Source: Octopus sinensis
Lineage: Eukaryota
Direction of reading: 5' to 3'
NCBI RefSeq assembly: GCF_006345805.1
Contig: NC_043005.1
Location: forward strand, 56,420,001 to 56,484,000
Length of the DNA stretch: 64,000 nucleotides
Shown here piece after piece: positions 53,430 through 64,000 of this stretch. The notes beneath the pieces are model-generated. The model worked only from the letters and a program-made list of their open reading frames with translations. It was not told the DNA's origin and made no database searches. Position 1 is the stretch's first letter. The number at the start of each line of letters is the position of its first letter. The position numbers and the translations under genes are program-made.

Positions 53430-53652
53430 GTGTGTGTGTGTGTATGTATGTATATATGTGTGTCTGTGTTTGTCTCCTCAACATTGCTTGACAACCGATG
53501 CTGGTGTGCTTACGTCCCCGTAACTTAGCAGTTCGGCAGAGACCGATAGAATAAGTACTAGGCTTACAAAGAACACGTCCAGGGGTCGATTTGCTCGACT
53601 AAAGGCGGTGCTCCAGCATGGTCGCAGTCAAATGACTGAAACAAGTAAAAGA
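53240..53652 (+). mobile_element. SINE family A
   Basis: Family core and tail, head slightly truncated. Confidence 0.88.
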
Positions 53653-54119
53653 TTTTATATATATATATATATACATACATACATACATACATACATACAT
53701 ACATACATACATACAGGCCAAACGTGTATTAAATAAGGCTAAGGACGTGCCTGGCTGCCGGAACAGATTAACACATGTTATTATCAAGAATGTGCTATTT
53801 TTCTTGTTCTCTACGTTTCGAGTTCAAATCTCGCAGAAATCAATTTCTGCCTTCCGTCTGGGATCGATAAAATAAAGTGTAACAATGGTATCGACAAAAC
53901 ATTTCCCTTGAAAGCACCTGACCTTGTATCTAAATAAGAAACCATGAATTATTGGCATAACTAGCAAGCAATGTCCAGGCCCACCCATGTCAACTTTAAT
54001 TTTCCTCTCGAGAGAGTCGATAAAACAAAGTATCAATAAAGTGCTGAAGTCGATATAATCAACTAAGCCCCATACGTCAAAATTTGGCTTTGTGCCAAAA
54101 TTAATAAGAATTATTATTA

Positions 54120-54165
<46 letters not shown>

Positions 54166-55415
54166 TATTATTATTGAGTATGAGTGCAATGCATGCTATC
54201 AAAGTGAAACTGGGGTACAAATATACGAAGCCCAATATACCCATCATGACTACCCGTCTGATAAGGGTACACCAGACATGCATTACAATCACATGTGCGC
54301 GACATGTTGATCTCATATCAAGAATAACATTAATTTGTATTTTAAAATCATGCAGCAAAAGATTTTACTGATGTTTTACTTTGTAAATTTTTATGGATAG
54401 ACAGGCGACGATTTTCGCGGATCATAACGCACACCATCACAATGTGATTGTCGTCATTGGAAGATCGTCTAGATTTGGGGTCGCTTTCGATTTAAAACGT
54501 TGGAGCGTTTCACGGCATTATGTTATGGCTGAAACAATCTTCCCCATAGTCCTGTTGCGATATTAGAAAGTCTCCGTGAATGTTTTTCCCAGTTTGAAAC
54601 AGAATTTCTAACAAACAAGTTATTCTTCCAGATCCTTCGTTTTCGACTGTTGACTAAATCGTTAAGAGCACTAAACGTACGTTCACTCAACGCGTGTAAA
54701 GGTGACTAACTGACATAGCATGGTGTAGCTGTTATTTAGATTGAACACCATCCATATGCAGAATTTCTGTTGCGGCACGCTGTGTTGACTGGTTTACATG
54801 CTGTTTTAAAAAGCCCGTTTCCTGGTGGTATGGGGTGCACAGATCTCGGATAGACAAAATCAAACTAGGAGTCATATACTGTAACTTTGAAAGGTCGTCA
54901 AAAATTTCTCTTATGTTCTTATATTTTCATTAAAAAAAAAATAATAGTAGAATTCAGCTAAAATGCGTTGGACCAAAGCAACCAAGAATGAGACGTAACG
55001 TATGGCAGGGGATTCACGACTGAAACTTTTGGTGGTAACGAGAAGAGGCAGTGATGGTACAGCCAGAAATTTCATGTGAACCCTTTGATCTGTAAGAATG
55101 AGCTTCAACGTTACGAGCGTGGGAAAACAGTTTATAAAATGTCCTACAAAATTTAAGATAGAAATAATATGTAAAGTTTGAAAAACACATATACACGCGC
55201 ATGCGCGCGCACACACATATGTGTGTAAGTATATATATATGTGTGTTTGTGTGTGTATGTGTACATTAATGCACATATATAAATATATATGTATATGCAT
55301 ATGCATGTGTGTACATAAAAAATATATACATATCTGTGTGTGCGTGTGTGTGTGCGTACGTGTATGTGTGGATCAAAATTATATATCTATATACTCATGG
55401 AAATACATAAATATT

Positions 55416-55484
<69 letters not shown>

Positions 55485-55501
55485 CATACATACACACGAG
55501 C

Positions 55502-55545
<44 letters not shown>

Positions 55546-55548
55546 CAC

Positions 55549-55708
<160 letters not shown>

Positions 55709-56068
55709 ATTGTTTCAGCTCCTTTCTTTTGACTCCCAGTTAACCAAGGTTACGGCGTAATTATTTGCAGACCTAAGCATGTTCCCACACGATTAATAGG
55801 TACGGAAAGGTACTTTTCATATAAATGGAGCTAAAGGTGACTCTTTAACGACTGAACGTTTATATATGCTTTTCTCTTTTGATGACTTTAGGTGATATAT
55901 TAACATCCAATGTGGTCCTAATTTCCACAGCAGCACATGATTCCTGTTTCTTGTTTAAAGATCTATTATGCTTGCTCTTGACAGATGTTTTTTCAGAATG
56001 TGCATATGGTGCATGTATGTATGTATGCATGTATGTATGGTATGCACGAATGTAGACGTATACACACA

Positions 56069-56154
<86 letters not shown>

Positions 56155-56166
56155 CACACATGTATG

Positions 56167-56197
<31 letters not shown>

Positions 56198-56230
56198 ATA
56201 GATAGAAATGTATATCTATATATTATGTAC

Positions 56231-56334
56231 ATGTAGGTATAGGTATCTATGCATATGTATATACGTTTATATGTATATAAGTGTGTGTGTGTATTATATC
56301 AATATATAATATGTATGTATATAGATAGATAGAA

Positions 56335-56369
<35 letters not shown>

Positions 56370-56476
56370 GTATATGTAGGTATAGGTATGTATACGTATG
56401 TATATACGTTTATATGTATATAAATGTGTGTGTGTATTATATCAATATATAATGTATGTATATAGTTAGATAGATA

Positions 56477-56547
<71 letters not shown>

Positions 56548-56630
56548 GTATATGTAGGTATAGGTATGTATACATATGTATATACGTTTATATGTATATA
56601 AATGTGTGTGTGTATTATATTAATATATAC
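56231..56630. repeat. Higher-order repeat: three copies of an 80-bp compound-microsatellite unit separated by (TA)n
   Basis: ATGTAGGTATAGGTAT...ATACGTTTATATGTATATAA.TGTGTGTGTGTATTATAT at about 56231, 56374 and 56552. Confidence 0.8.
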
Positions 56631-57121
56631 ATATGTATGTATGTATGTATAAGTGTGTATGTGTGCGTGTGTTTGTGTGCGTGAGGGGGATTTTGCGTGT
56701 GTGTGGATGTGGGGGTGTAAGTGTGTGTGGTGACATCTATGTACGTGTGCGTGCGTATATGCACGTTTCTATGTAAGTATAGTTTAGAGTTGGACAGTAG
56801 GAAGATTAATCAAAAGAAGAAATGATTAAATTGAGATTAACAGGAGACGTAGATTAGTGAAGTTTTATATTTCGGTCAACATTTCACTCCACAACTCAAC
56901 ATCTCAATGAACTTGAAAAGAAAACTCGTTGAGAGATTAACCAAAATCCACTGGTTACTAGGAAACGCATCAAAATACTGCCGAAAGTCAAGAAAAGAAG
57001 CAAATGAAATACACAAACGCAAACATTACGAACAACTTATATGCCATAACGATAACGTCTGTAATATATGTTATTATAATGAAGAGATAAAATACTTTGT
57101 TAATTAGATAAACTGATATTA

Positions 57122-57376
<255 letters not shown>

Positions 57377-57528
57377 TCAGTTACTTAGTAGGCTCATTTC
57401 GCTATTTTGCCGTATTCTTTCGAAGCCTAGTACTTATTCTATCGGTTCCCCTTGGCCGAACCGCTAGGTTACAGAGATGTAAACACACCAAAATCGGTTG
57501 TCAAGCGATGTTGGTGGGGACAAACACA

Positions 57529-57582
<54 letters not shown>

Positions 57583-57963
57583 GACTGAAACTGAAAGAAG
57601 CCTGTTCGTATGTTTGTATATATATATATAAGTGTGTGTGTGTGTGTATGTGTATATATATATGTATGTATATATATGTGTGTGTGTGTGTATGACAGTC
57701 ATTTCCTGTAAGCGTTAGTTTATATGCATGTATGTATGTATGTATGTAGATAGATACATAGACACATACATAGATACATACATACATACATACAAGCATG
57801 CATACATACATACAGACAGACAGACAGACAGACATATATACATACATACATGCAGATAAAGTGATACATCTAATACATAATATTGGTTTCAAATTTTGGC
57901 ACAAGGCCAGCAATTTGGGGGTCGGGACAAAATAAAGACAAAAGAAAAGAAAGACGTGCCAAC

Positions 57964-58127
57964 CTTCAGGTATGATCCATTTTCATCGTCATATCCACAA
58001 TTTCCAGGTTTTCCAGGACAACCATCAATTTTCTTGGCATCAAGTCCAAGAAACCAAACCTCCGGATAATCAAAGATCTCTGAGTATTCATAACTTGTTA
58101 ACCTATCTTTGTATAGACTTAAGGATT
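57964..58127 (-). CDS. DYRK4: DYRK4-like kinase exon (NAPA region and DH box)
   Basis: ttacag|AA ... AAG|gttggc, 164 nt, phase 1-0; ESLSLYKDRLTSYEYSEIFDYPEVWFLGLDAKKIDG...GYDDENGSYLK; absent from the supplied ORF track. Confidence 0.95.
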
Positions 58128-58170
58128 CTGTAAAACAACCAGAAATATTTACGTTATATATATATATAAT

Positions 58171-58586
58171 AGGCGCAGGAGTGGTTGTGTAGTAAGAAGC
58201 TTGCTTCCCAACAACATGGTTCTGGGTTCAGTCTCACTGCGTGGCACCTTGGGCAAGTGTCTTCTACTATAGCCTTGAGCCGACCAAAGCCTTGAGAGTA
58301 GATTTGGTAGATAGAAACTGTAAGAAGCCTGTTCTATATATATAGGTATGTATGCATGTATATATGTATGTATGTATTTGTGTCTGCGTTTGTTCCCCCA
58401 CCATCGCTTGGCAACCGATGCTGGTGTATTTATGTCCTCGTAACTTAGCGGTTCGGCATAAGAGACTGATAGAATAAATACTAAGCTTACAAAGAATATG
58501 TACTGGGGTCGATTTGTTTGACTGATGGCTGTGCTCCAGCATGACCGCAGTCAAATGACTGAAATAAGTAAAAGAGTAGAAGAGTA
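58171..58586 (+). mobile_element. SINE family A, full length
   Basis: Family head, core and tail. Confidence 0.9.
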
Positions 58587-58801
58587 AATATATATTTAAA
58601 CATAAATATGAGAGATCACTATATGGATCCCTTGTATGCTAAAAATAGAGGTCAATATATATGTATTCTTTTATTCTTTTACTTGTTTCGATCATTTGAC
58701 TCCTTCCACGTACTTACTCTATCAGTATTTTTGGCCGAACCGCTACGTTATGGGGACGTAAACACACCAACACTGGTTGTCAAGAGGTGATGAGATGATA
58801 A

Positions 58802-58836
<35 letters not shown>

Positions 58837-58854
58837 AACACACGTACCTATACA

Positions 58855-59721
58855 CAGGTGCTATGAGTAAATTGTCGCTATTTTATATTTTTAATTTAGC
58901 GCATTGTTTGTTTTTATTTTGTCGACTACACGGTATAGTAGGGTTAGTTGGGCACCGTCTGTAAGAAAAACAGCACCATGACGCAATTCACTCTGCCCGA
59001 AATTTGGAAATAACATGCTGTACTACTTGGCATTTGCGCCGGATGCTCAAAGACGAACATTTTAGAGTGTTTGGGTGCCAATCTGAGTACAGTGCAATCT
59101 GAATACATGTACCGAGAGTGATAAAAATCAAACATCCCGTCAACATCAGGGTGTTTAGAGTGATCACTACTGATGGCGACGTTATGCCTCCATTCATTTT
59201 CCCACACGGGCGCACGCTCTACATGGAGGCCTACATCAAGTGCCTGGAGGAGGTAGTGCTGCTCTGGGTCAAGAGGGTGGCTGCTAGAAGACCTTATATC
59301 TGGCAACAGGACTCTGCATCATACCACATAAGCAGGAGAACCCAGTCATGGCTGTGAGACAATTTCTACGACCACATCATCCCGAACATCGGGTCACCTA
59401 GTTCCCCAGACTGCAACCCACTTGATTATTATGTGTGAGGCGCAGACCAACAAACCTCCTTGTAACACGAAAGATGAACTGAAGGCAAGGATTGTGGCAA
59501 CATTCACCAACTTAAACCAGGAGACCGTCCAGAAAGTTTCAGGAGATTCCGAAGTCATCTGGAGACCGTGATTGAAGCCAACAGAGATTTTATTGAATAA
59601 ATTACTCTTTAGAATTTCAAGATATTTTTATGTAAATTTAGTAAGTATAACTGCTAAAATGAAATGTCAGTGTTATTTTCATTTTGTGTAATTTAGACGA
59701 CAGTTTATTCACCCTACCCTG
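58855..59721 (+). mobile_element. Internally deleted Tc1/mariner-superfamily transposon, DD37D (maT) type
   Basis: Transposase remnant ITTDGDVMPPFIF...YIWQQDSASYH...SPDCNPLDYY with 37 codons between the last two Asp; imperfect TIRs CAGGTGCTATGAGTAAATTGTCG / CGACAGTTTATTCACCCTACCCTG. Confidence 0.88.
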
Positions 59722-59737
59722 TATGTGTGTGTGTGTG

Positions 59738-59770
<33 letters not shown>

Positions 59771-59940
59771 GTGTATGACGGGTTCCTTTCTCTTTCCCGT
59801 CTATTAAATCCACTCACAAGGCTTTTGTAAAAGACACTTAACCAAGGTACCGTACAGTGGATTTGAATTCAGAACTATGTGACTGGAAAGCAAGCTTCTT
59901 ACCCCACAGCCACGCATGCACCTATATTCTTCATAAAAGC

Positions 59941-60224
59941 TTAATTCGTTCTGCAAAATAGAAAGAAATCCAAAGACAAAATATTTTTTATGCTTTGCAT
60001 TTCATTTCTTACTTCCATCCGGCTTTTCAATGATAGTGGCATTTCTGCAGGACCGAGATGGGTAGCGTGTGCGTGTTAAAAATGTCCGAGTATACTCAAC
60101 CAGATGATGATGCATTGTATGTACGTGTGTGCGTATGAGTGAGCGTGCATGTGTCTGTCTATCTCTCTATATATATATATATATATAGACACACACATAT
60201 AACATATATATGTGTGTATGTGTG

Positions 60225-60274
<50 letters not shown>

Positions 60275-60303
60275 TATATCACATATATATGTGTGTATGT
60301 GTG

Positions 60304-60339
<36 letters not shown>

Positions 60340-60895
60340 AACATATACTACAGGGTTAGCCAAGAGTTACGTGACAGTAAATTAAAACCATTTAATTCCA
60401 AGCATCTAAATATAAAACATGAAAATTGTTCAAATTGAAGTCCTTCTTGAGCGACATGTTCTTCCAGTCGAGTCAATACAGAATTGCAGATAATATTTAT
60501 GGAATTTTGAGTTACTGTCGAGTGACTTTTGGTCAAACCTGTACACACGCATACTTCATTCCACTTTGCTTCATTCCACATTGCTACAGTCCCTCTTTTG
60601 ATTAGAGGAGAATGCTGGCCAGTTGGCAAAGCCAGTAGGATGGCATTATTAGGAAGCTAAAATGGTGCGAAGCGCATTGTGACCAACGACATGTAACGAC
60701 ACCTGATAGTACGATCAGTCATGTGGTCACGTGCTACAGGTAGTGTTTAACAATATATGGAGTATGTTCTGCATTAAATAAACACCATCTGATGTGAAAC
60801 ACGATAGAAAATGTACAGTTGGTATATGTATTTTTCTTTCATATAAAGTGTGACAGTTACTGGGAAGTTTCGCCGTTGAGCGATATAAGATATAG

Positions 60896-60947
<52 letters not shown>

Positions 60948-63018
60948 GTGAGTGAGTGCGTGTGTGTGTGTGTGTATTAACAGGAGGTGTATGAAGCACC
61001 GTTGAATATAAAATGTGTGTGTACAATTATATTTAACGTGGAAAGACCTTTCGCTGTGGAAATAGTATCTGGAAAAACTTATCTTCATAGATTATATGTA
61101 TGAAAATACGCAATCTTTTCTGCATCAGTTTCGAATACTGAAACAGCTGTTCACAGATCAGCAAGAAAAGTTTTTCTTTTATTTTAAGAGAGGGGTATAG
61201 CACAGTTGTTGATATATACGAAACTTGATGAATATGGAATTAATTAACTGGAGGCTCATGAAGCAGCGTTGAATGAAAATATGTGTAGAAAATTATACTT
61301 AAAACGTTTGTGTAGATTCGGACGTAGGAAGAGCTTTTGCTGCGGAGATAGTCGTGGCTCCTTACAACTAGTATTTCTGAAAACATATTATTGGACTATG
61401 AATCATGTATTTAATGTATTTCAAAATACGTATTTTGAAATTTTCATTACACGATCAATTGGAGATTTGGTTCAGACACAAAATCAATTCCAGTTGGTTG
61501 ATACTTTTCTCAAGTACTAGTTTAGCATCATGGATATAAACGTGTTGTGGTTTAGTAGGGTTAAATACCTAATAGGTATACTTTTAATGGGAAACACACT
61601 TGCCCACACTTGCTGGAGCTGTGAAGTGCACAGTTCTATACAGGGATTTTTATATTTTTTCATAAACAAGGGGATGGATACTGACATTAAGCTTAGGGAT
61701 TATATAATGTACAAGTATAAAGAAAGAATTAAAGAAAAAAGGACTCATAATATTGAATGTTATCGATAAAATCGAGTGGAAATAGGGGGGGTGTTGCATT
61801 CCACAGTTCCTATACACGAGCTGCCATTGTGTGTGTCACACACTAGACATAGTATTTTCTCTGGTTTTCTTTCTTAGAGAAAGTATAACACTGAGGAAAT
61901 GATAGTAACGTGTTGGCTCTATGAACATCTGTGGTTTATGAGAAGTTTAATTTTTAACTAAGAAAATATGGTTATGGGGATATCGATAACTAGTTAGAAT
62001 GCTAGAAAAACAAACTGCTGGAGAGTGGTTGTAAGGGAGATACATTTTGAATAGTTCTTGAAAAATATAATCTTGACCATGAGGTTAAGATATTAGATTA
62101 GTGACCATATCGTTATAAGTTCAAATACGTAATATTACAATAGTTTGCTGTCTTGTGTCCTTAAATAAAGCAGATAACCTGATTTGCACTGGTTTCTCTA
62201 ACCGGTAACAAAACAAGACCCAGTCAATGTTTTCCTGTCGGTAAAGGATATTCGAAACTTTGAGCCAAACCTTAACCATTTAAAACGTAACTTGGTTTCG
62301 AGTTAAAGAAGACTTATAAGGTTATAACACCACACCGTCTCCTTCATATAAATTATAAAATACAATAAGTGGGTCGATACGATGTCAGAATTTTGCGTGA
62401 ATGTTTGATGGTATGTATCCTAACTCTAGAATTGTATCTGGATATGGCACAATTGTGTCTGGATATGGCACAAATTCAATCATAAAATCCTCACGGAAAG
62501 TCAGTTATTTTTATGGCCGAAGAGACAGCAAGTGTGAGTAGATGTACAAAAAGGAGAAAGAGAAATAAATACGTGTAAAAGAGTTTATGAGAGAATGGAT
62601 GCATATGTTGTCATGTCATCAGGTGAAATGGCTGTCTGTTAGATACTGAAATAGTTTAGTTAGTTATGTTACAGATATTATGGTACATGAGTTGCTATGA
62701 GGTACATCAGTTTCTAACAAACAATGGGGTTATCAAAGGATTTGTCATAAGGAAATTGCAAAAGAGCTGGCTATAGAACGATATTTTTTTTCTACTATTT
62801 GAAAATTTCAACTGGTTTCTACGTGCACACGTACATACATACAATGCATCATCATCTGATTGAGCTTACTCGGACATTTTTAACACGCACACGCTACCCC
62901 TCTCGGTCCTGCAGAAATGCCACTATCATTGGAAAGCCGGATGGAAGTAGGGAATGAAATGCAAAGCATAAAAAATACTTTGTCTTTGGATTTCTTTCTA
63001 CTTCGCAGAACAAATTAA
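59941..63018. repeat. Inverted repeat pair of about 150 bp (59941-60092 and 62868-63018)
   Basis: AGAAATCCAAAGACAAA...CATTTCTGCAGGACCGAGA..GTGTTAAAAATGTCCGAGTA and its reverse complement. Confidence 0.88.
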
Positions 63019-63148
63019 TTCTAATTAAATAAATAAGCGATTGAGCATAGAAATTCATCCTTAAATGTGAGCCATTGTTTGACTTGTCGGCCTAATTTTT
63101 GCTATCTAAAGGGTATGACAAGACTACTACAGAAGGCAGTGTGTGTGC

Positions 63149-63194
<46 letters not shown>

Positions 63195-63285
63195 TACTCT
63201 CGTATACTGGTCTTACCATTTGGTACAGGTTTTGCCATCTTCACATAAGAACAACGTTATAAAAAGAAAATCAGTGAGAGATTAC

Positions 63286-63574
63286 CTGCCGGCGTTAAAG
63301 GCAAATGATTGCCATAATGATCCAAATGACAATTGCTTCTATCGGTGATATCATGATAACTGTTGCTTGTTACGTCAGGAGAAATGGGAGATTTTTCCAG
63401 TCGACTATTAATTTGTAATTCTGGCAATTGAGGAGCTGGTTTCTTGTTCAACGTATAACTGTCATCCTTTGCATAGTTATGATTCTTACATCGGGCATTA
63501 ACTAGCTGGACAGGATCGACCCCATTCAACTGTGGTAGGTTTGTTGTCGGGGCGACAGTAGCTACTGGTTTTTT
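63286..63574 (-). CDS. DYRK4: DYRK4-like kinase, N-terminal exon (first visible exon)
   Basis: tctcag|AAA ... GCAG|gtaatc, 289 nt, phase 0-1; ends HLPLTPA and joins E-SLSLY, giving the class II DYRK LPLTPxE motif. Confidence 0.88.
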
Positions 63575-63814
63575 CTGAGACAAAAGAAAATCAAAAGGGA
63601 GAAACATATTATAAATTAGTAAATAGTATTCTACATATTAAAGGATAAATATTTATTTGTGATGATACACGAACTATTGCAATTGGGATTGAGCAGTGGT
63701 TCGGCAGAATCAGTAAACTTCGACTTCGACTTCGGTCATAAGTCCCCCAGAAAACATTCGCTTAACTCAGTTTCCGTGATGCGCAATAAGTAAAACTTCG
63801 AAAACTTGTCTAAT

Positions 63815-64000
63815 GGTATTTATTTACGTTTCTGAGTTCAAATTCCGCCGAGGTCGACTTTGCCCTTCATCCTTTCGGGGTCGATTAGATAAGTACCAGT
63901 TACGCACTGGGGTCGATATAATCGACTTAATCCGTTTGTCTGTCCTTGTTTGTCCCCTCTGTGTTTAACCCCTTGTGGGTAGTAAAGAAATAGGTATTTA
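63815..64000 (+). mobile_element. SINE family D
   Basis: TACGTTTCTGAGTTCAAATTCCGCCGAGGTCGAC...CCCCTTGTGGGTAGTAAAGAAATAGGTATTT, reverse complement of 28325-28500. Confidence 0.85.

Noticed and set aside
54380-54620. Possible mariner HTH remnant (also near 10130-10400 and 40740-41060)
   Set aside because: Too eroded to support or delimit by eye

Overview
AT-rich, microsatellite-dense animal genomic DNA. The SINE families and (TA)n/(CA)n/(TAA)n load look like an octopus or other coleoid cephalopod (inference, not checked). Two spliced genes converge tail-to-tail. On the + strand are the last four coding exons (5217-15932) of a divergent SLC16/monocarboxylate-transporter-like MFS protein. On the - strand are eleven phase-consistent exons (63574 down to 19385) of a class II DYRK kinase most like DYRK4. 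Both first exons appear to lie outside the window. Most ORFs in the supplied track are microsatellite artefacts. The introns hold several tRNA-derived SINE families, CR1-, Tx1- and R4/Dong-type LINE fragments, a DD37D (maT) mariner remnant, a hAT MITE and a Mutator-like foldback element with internal telomere repeats. The most notable pattern is a set of about a dozen type I minimal hammerhead-ribozyme motifs, four with fully canonical cores and the rest degenerate. They belong to unrelated short modules beside (TA)n tracts, are often in inverted pairs or long palindromes, and several lie on the sense strand of host introns. This resembles non-autonomous Penelope-like or retrozyme-like elements. 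All structures were read by eye; nothing was computed or searched.
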